A DNA stretch of 52,951 bases, taken from contig NZ_JBNGCU010000002.1 of assembly GCF_049974945.1 (NCBI RefSeq), positions 1 through 52,951 on the forward strand, in the 5' to 3' direction. The notes under the pieces are model-generated. The model did no database searches. It saw only the letters and a program-made list of their open reading frames with translations, and was not told the origin of the DNA. Position 1 is the first letter of the stretch; each line of letters starts with the position of its first letter. A program made the translations under genes and the position numbers. This DNA comes from Methanocrinis sp. (GTDB lineage: Archaea > Halobacteriota > Methanosarcinia > Methanotrichales > Methanotrichaceae). Shown here in pieces: positions 39,055-49,151 of this stretch.

Positions 39055-39498
39055 TCAAGGCCCCGCCCGTCTCAACCTCTTCACCATCAGAAGGGCGTCC
39101 TCTCCGGGGCCGTAGTAATCCTCGAGGAGGGCGGCCCCAGAGTAGCCGAGATCCGCGTAGAGGGCGATGGCCCGTCTGTTCTCGATCGAGACCTCGAGAC
39201 GGGAGGCTCTGGCCCCCAGGATCGCGAACTCCTCTTCCAGGGCAACCATCAGCCCTCTGCCCAGCCCCTCTCCGCGACGTTCGGGGAGGACGTCCAGGGT
39301 CACCACCTTCCCGGCCTCGCCGCGAACAAAGCCGATGACGAAGCCCGCCAGGTTCCCGTCCTCGGCCACCAGGGCCGTCGCATCCTCCAGAAGGATGGAT
39401 AATGCATCGGGCGGGAAGGCTACCTCGCGGGAAAAACAGAGCTCTTCGATGGCGAGGATCGAGGGCAGGTCCCGTGCCTCTGCCCTCCTGATCTTCAT
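39055..39498 (-). CDS. RimI-like GNAT N-acetyltransferase
   Basis: TLDVLPERRGEGLG, LEV...N..A..LY, YYGPGEDALLM. Confidence 0.88.
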   Translation of the reverse strand: MKIRRAEARDLPSILAIEELCFSREVAFPPDALSILLEDATALVAEDGNLAGFVIGFVRGEAGKVVTLDVLPERRGEGLGRGLMVALEEEFAILGARASRLEVSIENRRAIALYADLGYSGAALLEDYYGPGEDALLMVKRLRRAGP

Positions 39499-39875
39499 CT
39501 CTTCTGCGATACCTCTTTGACGACCTCGGTGTAAGCCCCGAAGACGGCGGGGATGTCGATGGTTCCTACGACGTCGACGACCCCCATCGCCGCGATCAAT
39601 CTGCCGCCCCGGTCCATTATGGGGGCGACGGATACGGGAACTCCTTCATAAATGCCGCTTTTGGGAACGGTCCTGATCGGCTTTCCCGACCTCATCACCT
39701 CTTCGAGGACTGGCCCCGAGTAATCGTCGTCTTGGACCTTCCCATCCTCCACCCTGACCCCCGGTCTATCGAGGCTCCTCAGGGTGACCGGAAGCCCCAG
39801 GATCTGGTTTACGGCCAGGGCGATGGGGGCGAGGTCGGAGGGTCCCGACCTCTCCGATATTACCAGCTCAGCCAT
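39495..39875 (-). CDS. DUF2111-family methanogen protein
   Basis: LPVTLRS...GVR.E.G.V.D..YSGPVLE, G.Y.GVPV.VAPI, AAMGVVD. Confidence 0.75.
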   Translation of the reverse strand: MAELVISERSGPSDLAPIALAVNQILGLPVTLRSLDRPGVRVEDGKVQDDDYSGPVLEEVMRSGKPIRTVPKSGIYEGVPVSVAPIMDRGGRLIAAMGVVDVVGTIDIPAVFGAYTEVVKEVSQKR

Positions 39876-39914
39876 GGTCGGATTTCAGGCTCTAATTGTT
39901 GATATAGTCTGCCC

Positions 39915-41087
39915 TCAATACTTCTTCAGGAACCGGGCCTGGAAGCCGTGGTACTTGGCAAACCCCTCAGAGTCCCTCTGGCTCAGGGTCTGGCTGTCGA
40001 AGGAGACCATCTCCTGATCGTATATCGCGTCCGGAGACCTTCTTCCGACGGAGAAGGCCCTCCCGCAAGATAGCTTCATCTTGACGGTGCCGTTCGCCCT
40101 CTTCGAGCTCTCGTCGACGAAGGCGGAGAGGTCCGCGTAGAGGGGGTCGTCCACAAGCCCCATGTAGGCCAGCTCCGACCAGGCCTCGTCGACCGTCGCC
40201 TTGAACCGCAGCTCCGCCCTGGATAAGACGAGCCGTTCCAGGTCCCGGTGGGCTTCGAGGAGGACTGTAGCCGCAGGATGCTCGTAGTTCTCCCGGGCCT
40301 TGAGGCCGAGGACCCTATCCTCGATCATGTCGGTCCTGCCGACGCCGTGCTCTCCCGCAGTTCTGTTCAGCTCCGCGATCAGCTCGACCCCGGCCATCCT
40401 CTTGCCGTCGAGGGCGACTGGAACCCCGTGGGAGAACTCGATCTCCACCTTCTCTGGCGGAAGGTTCCTCTCCGGGGACTTGGTCCAGGCGTATATCTCC
40501 TCGGGGGGCTCGAAGAAGGGGTCCTCGAGAAGGCCGCCCTCGATGCTCCTGGACCATAGGTTCTCATCTATGCTCCAGGGCCTCTCCTTCGTCACCGGCA
40601 CGTCGATACCGTGATCCCTGGCGTAGTCGATCTCCCACTCGCGGCTCAGGTCCAGGTCGCGCATCGGCGCCACCACCTTCAGGTCCGTCGCCCTGAAGAT
40701 CGCCTCGAAGCGCAGCTGGTCGTTCCCCCTGCCGGTGCATCCGTGGCCCAGGGCGTCGGCACCAAGTTTTTTTGCGATCTCTGCCGTCTTTCTCGCGATC
40801 AGCGGCCTGGCGATCGCCGTTCCCAGGACGTAGCCCTCGTAGGAACCGTTGGCCTTGATGGCGGGGAAGATGTAACCTTCGACGAACTCCTCCTTGGCGT
40901 CGATGACGTAATGCTCATCGCTCAGCTTCTCTGCCCTCTCGTTTCCCCTCTCGATATCCTCCTTTGGCTGGCCGACGTCCGTCAGGACCGTTATCACCTG
41001 GTCAAAGTCATAGCGTTCCCGGAGAAGCGGGACGCAGACCGAGGTGTCGAGGCCTCCAGAGTAAGCGAGCACGATAACTCCAGACAA
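39915..41087 (-). CDS. argG: Argininosuccinate synthase
   Basis: [31 protein letters not shown]. Confidence 0.96.
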   Translation of the reverse strand: MSGVIVLAYSGGLDTSVCVPLLRERYDFDQVITVLTDVGQPKEDIERGNERAEKLSDEHYVIDAKEEFVEGYIFPAIKANGSYEGYVLGTAIARPLIARKTAEIAKKLGADALGHGCTGRGNDQLRFEAIFRATDLKVVAPMRDLDLSREWEIDYARDHGIDVPVTKERPWSIDENLWSRSIEGGLLEDPFFEPPEEIYAWTKSPERNLPPEKVEIEFSHGVPVALDGKRMAGVELIAELNRTAGEHGVGRTDMIEDRVLGLKARENYEHPAATVLLEAHRDLERLVLSRAELRFKATVDEAWSELAYMGLVDDPLYADLSAFVDESSKRANGTVKMKLSCGRAFSVGRRSPDAIYDQEMVSFDSQTLSQRDSEGFAKYHGFQARFLKKY

Positions 41088-41188
41088 TTCAATATCACCC
41101 GGGGCCTACTCGGTGCCCAGTTATTTTAAATCTACGGCTTTGACGATCGATCGATAAATCTATAACTTCACAGCCAAAATTGGCCTCG

Positions 41189-42289
41189 ATGACCCCTCTA
41201 CTGAAGACCACCGCCCTGACGGTGGACTACGATCAGGATCAGAGGTCGCTCCAGGCCCGAGGAGCGATCTCGATGCTGGTCCAGCCGGCCCTTAACAGGA
41301 TCAACCAGAGGCTGGCCGAGGAGAAGCCCGCCCTGGTGAGGGAGGGCGATATCGTCGCCTCCACCTGGCTTCCGCCCATCCCCAGCGGCCCCTTCAAGAG
41401 GCTCGTCCTCAGCGAGGCGAAGATCGCCATCGGCAGGTTCGTCCCCCAGACGGTGAGCATAGAGGTCACCAGGGCGTGCGGCTGTGCTTGCGATCACTGC
41501 GTGATCAAAGAGGGCGATGGGGAGCTAAAGGCCGAAGAGATCAAACGGGTCGTCGACGAGGCCCTGGACCTCGGAGCCTGCATCATCACCTTCACCGAGG
41601 GCGACCCGCTCCTCAGGGACGATATCTTCGAACTCATCAGCCACGTCGACCCGGAGAGGGCGGTGGTGAACATGTTCACCCCCGGCCTGGAGATGACGCC
41701 GGATAAGGCCGAGATGCTGAAGGATGCAGGCCTCTACAACATCCTGATAGGGGTCTACAGCACCGACCCCGAGGTTCACGACCGGATCAGGGGCCTTCCT
41801 GGTGCTCACGAGAAGGCGGTCGCCGCCATCAAGATGGCTCTGGATGCCGGCCTTCTCGTCACCATGTCCACCCACGTCAAGGGCGATCGAGTCTCGGAGA
41901 TCTTCGACCTCTACGATCTCGCGACGGAGCTCGGGGTCCACGAGTTCTCGATCTGGGAGGGGATGCCCAAATCAGCCGAGGAGCAGCTCACCAAGATAGA
42001 TCGGGAGACGATCACCAGGTTCTACAGGAAGGTCAACCGCACCCCCGGTGGACCCCGGGTCTTCGCCAGCACCTACTTCGAGGGCCAGATGCTGGGGTGC
42101 ATGGCCGGAAGACGCTGGATTCACGTGGGGGTGGACGGCGGCGTGAGACCCTGTCCCTACATCGAAGACGCGGTGGGAAACGTCCTGGAGCGGTCTCTTA
42201 AGGATATCTGGAAGGACGTGCGAAAGTCGGGCGAGTTCGAGGCTTTCAGGACCGACTGTCCCGCCCAGAGCCAGCACCTCGCCCTCTGA
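41189..42289 (+). CDS. Radical SAM protein with SPASM/twitch domain
   Basis: CGCACDHC (CX3CX2C), TEGDPLLR, GCMAG...PCPY...C. Confidence 0.9.
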   Translation: MTPLLKTTALTVDYDQDQRSLQARGAISMLVQPALNRINQRLAEEKPALVREGDIVASTWLPPIPSGPFKRLVLSEAKIAIGRFVPQTVSIEVTRACGCACDHCVIKEGDGELKAEEIKRVVDEALDLGACIITFTEGDPLLRDDIFELISHVDPERAVVNMFTPGLEMTPDKAEMLKDAGLYNILIGVYSTDPEVHDRIRGLPGAHEKAVAAIKMALDAGLLVTMSTHVKGDRVSEIFDLYDLATELGVHEFSIWEGMPKSAEEQLTKIDRETITRFYRKVNRTPGGPRVFASTYFEGQMLGCMAGRRWIHVGVDGGVRPCPYIEDAVGNVLERSLKDIWKDVRKSGEFEAFRTDCPAQSQHLAL

Positions 42290-42624
42290 GGCCAGCCCGA
42301 GATCTGGCGGAGGGTCTGCTCGGTCGATGAGGCTTTGCATTAGAGCCACGATACTCGCGCCTGCCGCCGTCTATCATCTTTTCCGTCGTTTTTGGCGACC
42401 TCGCTCGCTCATCCTCGGCTTCTGGATAGTGCCCTCTCATCTCGCCCCAAAAATCGAGGAGATCAATCTTCGAGGTGGTCGCCCGCCTTGGATTCGGGAC
42501 CGGAAGATCAGAAGCCATCGAAATTCCGCAAATCGCCGGAATTAACTTATCATCACCGACTATAAAAAAAGTAGTGGAAAATTATTAGTATATACATGAT
42601 CATCTCTCATCGAGAGGATTGGGC

Positions 42625-43260
42625 ATGAGCGTCATCAGAAGTCTCAGGATGAACTTTGCCGTCTGGATAAGGTGGATCGTTGGCAAAAAAAAGGCCAAAA
42701 TAGGGATATACGGTCCACCCAACGCCGGAAAGACCACATTGGCCAACAGGATCGCAAAGGACTGGGGTGGGATGTATCTGGGAGGAATATCTCACGTACC
42801 CCACGAGACGAGAAGGGCCATGAGGACTGATGGCGTGATGATCAGGGCCAATGGATCGAGCGTCGAGCTGGACATAGTCGACACGCCCGGGATGGCCACC
42901 AAGATAGACTTCAGAGATTTCATGGCTTACGGCCTGGAAGAGGAGGAGGCCAAGAGGAGGGCTAAGGAGGCGACGGAGGGAGTTATAGAGTCAATAAAGT
43001 GGCTGGACGATCTGGACGGGGTGCTTCTGGTGATGGACTCTACGGAGGACCCCTACACCCAGGTCAACGTCACGGTGGTGGGGAACATGGAAGCGAGAAA
43101 GCTGCCACTCCTGATAGTGGCCAACAAGATGGATCTGCCCAAGGCCTCTCCTTCAAGGATAAAGGCGGCCTTTCCGCAACATCCTCTGGTCACCATCTCC
43201 GCTCTGGAAGGGTCGAACATCGATCAGCTGTATGTTGCCATAGCCAGGCACTTCGGGTGA
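42625..43260 (+). CDS. oapA: Era-like GTP-binding protein (OapA)
   Basis: GPPNAGKTTLANRI, DTPG, ANKMD; first gene of a conserved trio. Confidence 0.88.
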   Translation: MSVIRSLRMNFAVWIRWIVGKKKAKIGIYGPPNAGKTTLANRIAKDWGGMYLGGISHVPHETRRAMRTDGVMIRANGSSVELDIVDTPGMATKIDFRDFMAYGLEEEEAKRRAKEATEGVIESIKWLDDLDGVLLVMDSTEDPYTQVNVTVVGNMEARKLPLLIVANKMDLPKASPSRIKAAFPQHPLVTISALEGSNIDQLYVAIARHFG

Positions 43261-43261
43261 G

Positions 43262-43627
43262 ATGATGAGGGAAGTACAGATGGACCTGATCTCGGCCGAG
43301 AGGCTTGAGAGCATGTCCTCCATGGAGAAGATCCGGCTCATACTGAACAAGGTCAAGAGAGGAAACATCGTGGTGCTGGAGCAGGGCCTGACCCCCGAGG
43401 AGGAGGTCAAGCTGATCGAGATGACTATGAGCGAGATACGCCTCGACGAGTTCTCGGGGATAGAGATCGAGAGCTATCCGGTCAAGAGTGAGGGGACCTT
43501 CATAAACAAGATCCTGGGCAAATCCGGGATCAAGACCAGAATGACCGTCATCGGACCTGCAAACCAGCTTCGAACCGTTGAGAAGGACAAGTACCAGATC
43601 AGCACCAAGGTCTCGGTCGGTGACTGA
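43262..43627 (+). CDS. oapB: DUF2073 protein (OapB)
   Basis: SMEKIRLIL, GLTPEEE..LIE.TM, FSGIEIESYP, TVIGPAN. Confidence 0.85.
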   Translation: MMREVQMDLISAERLESMSSMEKIRLILNKVKRGNIVVLEQGLTPEEEVKLIEMTMSEIRLDEFSGIEIESYPVKSEGTFINKILGKSGIKTRMTVIGPANQLRTVEKDKYQISTKVSVGD

Positions 43628-43632
43628 TTAGC

Positions 43633-44169
43633 ATGCCCCACATGTGCACCCGATGCAACAGCGTCTTCGAAGACGGCATGGACATCCTGGAGGGGTGTCC
43701 CGTCTGCGGCTGGAACAAGTTCCTCTTCGTGAGGTCCAAAGAGATGATAAAAGAAGTTCGGGGCGCGCTGAAAGCTTCTGAGATCGGGGGGCCCTACGAG
43801 CCCTGGCCGGAGGGGAACGATTCGCTCCGGGAGATCCTGAGATCGGACCGGGGCAGAGAGGCGAACCGCACCAGAGAGGGGCGAGATGATAGGCCCAAAG
43901 AGGTGCCGAAGAAGAGGGGCAAGAGCGTCCACGGGTTTTCTGATCTCGATCCTCCAAAAGACCGATCCTCAGATCCTCCTCATCGGGGGTCGGATGAACG
44001 CCGGTCTGGCGAGGATAAGGACCCGGAGAGCATCATGATGCAGGAGTCCGGCACATATGAGCTGAACCTCCCGAACCTCTTTGAGCGCGACGAGCTGGTG
44101 ATGGCCGTAAAAGAGGGGACCTACCTGATCGACCTCTCCTCGGCCTTCAAAAAGTCGAAGAAGAGCTGA
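43633..44169 (+). CDS. oapC: Zn-ribbon DUF2072 protein (OapC)
   Basis: MPHMCTRC...GCPVCGWNKF and GTYELNL..L...E.GTYLIDL. Confidence 0.85.
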   Translation: MPHMCTRCNSVFEDGMDILEGCPVCGWNKFLFVRSKEMIKEVRGALKASEIGGPYEPWPEGNDSLREILRSDRGREANRTREGRDDRPKEVPKKRGKSVHGFSDLDPPKDRSSDPPHRGSDERRSGEDKDPESIMMQESGTYELNLPNLFERDELVMAVKEGTYLIDLSSAFKKSKKS

Positions 44170-44175
44170 GGCCTG

Positions 44176-44340
44176 TCAGCCTTCCGGGTCGCCTCGCTCC
44201 ACCTCGACTGTCATCCTCTTCCACTGAGGGTCCACTCCTTTCAGGGACTCGGCCACCCCAGAGACTATCTTCTCCATGATCTCCTGGGTGAAGTGGTTCA
44301 TGGGTATAACCTCCCCGTCCACCATCAGCTTAACCTTCAG
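44176..44340 (-). CDS. 54-aa small protein resembling the stand-alone C-terminal domain of archaeal MobB/Fe-S proteins; probable CTG start; absent from ORF track
   Basis: Manual translation (M)KVKLMVDGEVIPMNHFTQEIMEKIVSGVAESLKGVDPQWKRMTVEVERGDPEG*. Confidence 0.7.
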   Translation of the reverse strand: MKVKLMVDGEVIPMNHFTQEIMEKIVSGVAESLKGVDPQWKRMTVEVERGDPEG

Positions 44341-44410
44341 ACTCGTCCACCCCCGATCTTCCTGGCCTCGATGGTCAGCGGATTTTCTCGATAGGCCTCG
44401 ATTAAGGCCT

Positions 44411-44809
44411 TCACGCCCCCCCGAAGATCATCTGTTCAGGCGTGGTTATGGTCCTGTTTCTCCCTATGGAGAAGGGCGGGGTGTATAGGGTGATCGCCGA
44501 AGAAGTCCTGTTGCTCACCGATATCGAGAAGCTGGGCGTATAAGTTATGGGTGTTGGGGCACCCAGCTCTATCGGCTCGATGCTTGACCTCTGCATGAAG
44601 GTGCCGAAGCTTCTTCCCAGGGTCCTCACGTCTACAGCATCTGTGGTGATTCGTGGCGCTTCTCGCGAGTAAGAGATGACCACGGGCGTCCTGCTGGACG
44701 CCATCTCCGCCTTCTTGCCCAGAGTGCTCAGATCAATAGGAGTTTCGGCAGCTGCTACCATCCCTCCCAGGAGCATGGTGGCCACCAGAGCCGTCAAAAT
44801 TATTTTCAT
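44411..44809 (-). CDS. Hypothetical secreted protein
   Basis: SD GGAGG; signal peptide MKIILTALVATMLLGGMVAAA; internal YTP.FSI repeat. Confidence 0.7.
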   Translation of the reverse strand: MKIILTALVATMLLGGMVAAAETPIDLSTLGKKAEMASSRTPVVISYSREAPRITTDAVDVRTLGRSFGTFMQRSSIEPIELGAPTPITYTPSFSISVSNRTSSAITLYTPPFSIGRNRTITTPEQMIFGGA

Positions 44810-45103
44810 GGATAACCTAACCTCCCTTTTTCTATGATCCGGGTCTTTGAATTATTACCATTTATTCCTTTTGATGAAAGGCTGCAAGACAATTCCCGAT
44901 CATCTTGGCCATCTTGAGATGGTCCCAGGACCCGGGCCCGGGAACCGGATCTCACCAGAAGGTGTAGCCGAAGTACCTCGCCGCAGTTTCAGAGCCTCCC
45001 CCTGCTTCCGGGGCGGCAGAGCAGACTGGAATCAGACCGCAGAGGGCGAGAAGTGATGCGATAGTCAGGATCAGTGCGATCTTTCCCGCCGGGCTCACAG
45101 ATC

Positions 45104-45664
45104 TCACCTGCCCCCGCCCTCAGAACTCTCCTCGTAGAGAGCTATGGCGTCGTTCAGATGGGACCTGATCCAGCCCTCGCCCCGATGGCCGACGGCGCTG
45201 TGCCAGGCGACGGTGACGTTCCCGTCAGGGCCGGGCGCCAGGGTGAGGAAGACGGTCACGGGAACGAGCCTGGGATCGCCGATGGGATCGTAGATATCGA
45301 GGGCGGTCCAGGTCTTCTCCAAGTCGTCTTCGGCCAGAACGTCCACGTAGGCGACCTCGTCGCCGAGGTCTCCGAGGACCTCTCTGATATCGGTCTCCTG
45401 ACTGCTGCAGGCAGGGCAGTCGGTCAGATGGATGAGGATGATCGCCGGCTTCTCCTCCAGGGGATCGAGGGCTCAGGAGGGATGATCGACCGCGGACCCC
45501 GCCTCCGAATGCTGATCCGGGTATGCGGTCCACCAGTCCTCGGGGCCGGACCCGATGGCATGGACCGGGCTGCCATCTCCCGAGGCCCCGGGGACCAGGA
45601 TGCAGATCGCGAGGATGACCGTCAAGGTCAGAGCCGCCGGCTTCTTCGCATCTTTTGCTGACAA
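45104..45664 (-). pseudogene. Secreted thioredoxin-fold (CPAC) protein interrupted by an in-frame TGA at 45473-45475
   Basis: The same frame reads signal peptide...WWTAYPDQH...DHPS*ALDPLEEKPAIILIHLTDCPACSSQ...VPVTVFLT... Confidence 0.75.
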
Positions 45665-45887
45665 AGTTCTACCAACTCCCACCTCTGGCCATACTACCGT
45701 GAGATTTATCATCTTTTCCCCGGCTTCCCCCTCCCGATCGGACGCCCTTTGTCCGACTGGTTCCCCGGATGGAGACCTCTCCTCCGGGCTTGGCTTTGGG
45801 CCGACCGCATCAAAGATAAATATGGAGATAGAGGACGACCTATCTACGGTCTGATCATGGTCATACTTTAAAGGAGGATATGCCAAT

Positions 45888-46796
45888 ATGAGAGATGGAA
45901 TCGGGTTGTTATCGGGGCTTTGTGCGCTCCTGCTGCTCGCAGCAGTCCTGGTGGGCGGAGCTTATGCCGGCTGCTCCAGCTGCGCCGCAGGCGGAGGAAC
46001 ATGGTCGTCGGGTCTGGACTTCATAGGTGCCTCTGCGGAGGCCGTCTCGGTGATGGAGAAGAGTCCAGTGGGCGGTCTGGCATCGGCGACGGGATCGAAT
46101 GGAGCGTCGGTGATCACCGCCAGGGCGCTCTTCGAGGATATGGAGGGCGGCTCGGAGAAGGTGGTGGCCTACGTCGGAGTTCCCGGGGAAGCCTCTTACA
46201 TCGAGGGGTCGATCCACCTGCCCCTGGAGCAGGTCTTCGGAGATGACGCCGCCCTGAAGTCGCCGACTGAGATCGCCGCCCTATTCGGGGCAGCCGGGAT
46301 CACAGAGGATGACCCTCTCGTCATATACGGCGACTATTTCTTGAACGGGTACGACACCTTCGCCTTCTTTGTAATGAAGCGCCTCGGCCATGAGGACGTC
46401 CTCCTCCTGGACGGGACGAGAGGCGGACGTGAGGCTGCGGGGCTGAACTTCGTCCCTCTCCCCACCCCCAGGTCGCCTGAGACCTACTCCCCCGACCCCA
46501 ACCCCGACCTCCTCGCCGACGATGAGCGGCTCTCAAGCAGCCAGGTGGTGGACGCGAGGAGCCCGGCCGAGTACGCCGCAGGCCACCCCGACGGGGCGGT
46601 CAACATCGACTACTCGAAGGTGAAGGGGCCAAACGGCCTCGTCGGCGCCCAGGCCCTGAGCCTGGCCTTCAGCGGCCTTGACAAAGACCAGCCGGTGGTG
46701 GTCTATCCCCGCCAGGGAGGCGCCTCGGTGGTCTGGTACGCCCTCTACACCCAGGGCTACGATGTCAGCCTTTATGCCTTGACGGGCACGAGCTGA
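45888..46796 (+). CDS. Secreted tandem-rhodanese (sulfurtransferase-like) protein lacking the catalytic Cys
   Basis: YIEGSIHLP, GHEDVLLLDG, VDARSPAEYAAGHPDGAVNI; active-site loop reads YPRQG. Confidence 0.85.
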   Translation: MRDGIGLLSGLCALLLLAAVLVGGAYAGCSSCAAGGGTWSSGLDFIGASAEAVSVMEKSPVGGLASATGSNGASVITARALFEDMEGGSEKVVAYVGVPGEASYIEGSIHLPLEQVFGDDAALKSPTEIAALFGAAGITEDDPLVIYGDYFLNGYDTFAFFVMKRLGHEDVLLLDGTRGGREAAGLNFVPLPTPRSPETYSPDPNPDLLADDERLSSSQVVDARSPAEYAAGHPDGAVNIDYSKVKGPNGLVGAQALSLAFSGLDKDQPVVVYPRQGGASVVWYALYTQGYDVSLYALTGTS

Positions 46797-46833
46797 GATC
46801 GGGCCCATCTGAAAAATGGAGGTCGCGGAGGGA

Positions 46834-46853
46834 GGATCAGAGAGGTCTGATCC
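46834..46853. terminator. Hairpin between convergent genes
   Basis: GGATCAGA-GAGG-TCTGATCC perfect 8-bp stem. Confidence 0.4.
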
Positions 46854-46912
46854 CTGCCGAGAGGTGCGATCCTGGCCCCTCGCCCGGGCGAGGGCCGGGC
46901 CTTTCGGCTATC

Positions 46913-47194
46913 TCACTTTTTATCCAGGATCTTTATCAGGTGATAGCCGAAATCTGTCTTCACCGGGCCGACCACCTTTCCCTTCTCTCCATCGAAGGCG
47001 GCCCGCTCGAACTCGGGGACCATCTTGCCCTTGCCGAACCATCCGAGGTCGCCCTTGTTCTTCGCCGAGGGGCAGTCGGAGTACTTTCTGGCCATCTCGG
47101 CGAAGCTTTCGCCCTTCTTGATCCTCTCCAGGACCTCCTTGGCCTTCTTTTCGCTTTTTACCAGAATGTGGGCTGCGTGGATCTGTTTCGCCAT
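46913..47194 (-). CDS. ppiC: Parvulin-type peptidyl-prolyl isomerase
   Basis: AAHILVK, FAEMARKYSDCPS, GDLGWF, MVPEFE, PVKTDFGYHLI; ATG at 47194. Confidence 0.93.
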   Translation of the reverse strand: MAKQIHAAHILVKSEKKAKEVLERIKKGESFAEMARKYSDCPSAKNKGDLGWFGKGKMVPEFERAAFDGEKGKVVGPVKTDFGYHLIKILDKK

Positions 47195-47244
47195 GAGAGT
47201 TTCGAGTGGTCTGGCCGGATAAAAAGATTGTGAGGATCCGCTCT

Positions 47245-49151
47245 TCAGCCGGAGGCGAGATCTCTGTCGATGCGGTAATGCCCGCTCGTTATCTCCACCT
47301 CGAACCTCGCGCCCTCGCCCAGGATGGCGCTCTTCGTCCACTTCAGGGATCAGGGATGGGAAGCCGTGCCCGAGGAGCTCCTCCCCAGGGCTGCCAAAGT
47401 AGCGGCAGCGGGCTTCGTTGACGAAGGTGATGGTCCTATCGGGCAGGAAGCGACAGATCTAGTTCGGTCTGGTCCTCCACCAGGGTCCTGTACTTCTCCT
47501 CGCTCTTCCTCAGGGCCTCCTCCATCCTCTTCAGCTCGGTTATGTTCACGACCGAGACGACGTACTGCCTCGTCCGCGGGATGATGCTGGCTCTGAAAAG
47601 GCCGCGTTTAGCATCGCCCCATCGGTCGATCAGGTCTGCCTCGTACTGGGCGGTGGGCGTCTTGAGCCTTCTCTGCCCCTTTCGGAAGTGCTCCCAGAGC
47701 TTCTCTCGATCCTCTTCGGCGATGAAATCGTCCCACCTCATCTTCCCCTCGATCTCCCGGCGAGAGAATCCGAAGAGGATCTCTGACTCGGAGTTTACCT
47801 TTGATACGAGGCCGTCCTCCTCCACGATCGCCATCGCCGTGCCGCTGTTCTCGAATATGGCGCGATAGTACTCCTCGCTCTTCTGGAGGCTCTCCTCCAT
47901 CCTTTTCTGATCTGTGATGTCTATGCCGACGCCGAGGGCTGCCCGCATCCGTCCTCTCTCGTCGAAGAGGGGGTAGGTGGAGAAGAGGGCCGGAAATGTC
48001 TCTCCCGATCTTCGCACCAGAGTTGTCGGTCCCGACAATCCCCTCTTTCCCTCCCTCATATTCCGGTGCACCTGGGGAAAGCGGGCCGCATCCTCGGGAA
48101 GATGAAGCCGTGAGACCGTCCTCCCTACGATCTCCTGGCGTCTGTATCCGAAGATCTTCTCGGCCCCGGGGCTGAACTCCAGGACGGTGGGGTCTGGGTC
48201 CGATCCGTCGGTGATGATGAAAGAGACCTCTGCAGCCTCGAATATCGCTCGAAGCTGCTCTGAGCTTCTCCTCAGATCCTCCTCTGCCTGAAGGCGCACG
48301 ATGGCGTTCCCGGTCATGGCGGCGATCGTCTCCAGGGCGCTCCGTCCCGGGAGAGGGATCTCGTCTGATCCGTGAGTTCCGACGCTGTAGTAGCCGATTA
48401 CCTCCCCCTCGTGGTGGACCGGGACCACGGCCATGGCGCGTAGCCCCTCCCGCTCCCGGGCCTCCTGGAGCGGCAGATCCCGATCTTGATATCGGATGTA
48501 TATCGGATCTTTTGCCCCCGCGATCAGCGACGAATTCGGAGTTCGCCTCCTCTGTGATATCGCCTCGACGAACTGGGGAGAGAATCCGGTCGAGTGGTGG
48601 AGGACGAAGCTCTTGGAGCTTCTATCCAGAAGGTACATGGTTGCGCAGTCCGTCCCCGATACCTCGATCGCCGCATCGACGCAGAGCTTCAGGGCCGAGG
48701 AGAGGGAGGTCGCGCCGGAGAGCTCGAGGGCCAGATCCCTCTCTATGAGATCCTCCTTCCTCGATCTCTCGCGGTCTGCAGCCTGCCGGATCTGATGGGA
48801 GAGCTCTGCGAAGAGGACCTTCGGGTCGCCGTCTTTTTGTATGTAGTAGTCGGCGCCGGAGTTCAGGGCCTCGATCACCACCTCCTCGCGACTCTTCCCC
48901 GTGAAGAGGATGAAGGGGATATCGAGCCTTCTGCTTCTTACAGCCTTGAGAAAGGTGATCCCGTCCATCTCAGGCATGGCGTAATCGGAGATGACGACCT
49001 CATAAGTGCACCGGTGGTCTTCCAGCATCTCCAGGGCCTCGGCCGCCGATTCCGTCCCGTCGACCTGGATATCTCCGGACCTCTCGAGGAAGATGGTGGA
49101 GATCTCCAGAATCGTGGGGTCGTCGTCCACCATCAGAACTCGGATCATCAA
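47245..49151 (-). pseudogene. Disrupted hybrid sensor kinase: REC-GAF-PAS-PAS intact (ORF 47436-49151), third PAS frameshifted, kinase core deleted
   Basis: VDDD/ISDYAMP/YYIQK receiver. After a +1 shift near 47459 it reads ICRFLPDRTITFVNEA, and finally GEGARFEVEITSGHYR...* at 47245. Confidence 0.8.

Noticed and set aside
42290-42620. Replication origin next to oapABC (origin-linked in haloarchaea)
   Set aside because: No cdc6/orc1 in the window and only a weak GTGGAAA fragment; no repeated ORB elements seen.
44950-45060. Possible gene remnant ending AARYFGYTFW* on the minus strand
   Set aside because: Too short to assign, and no supporting frame upstream.
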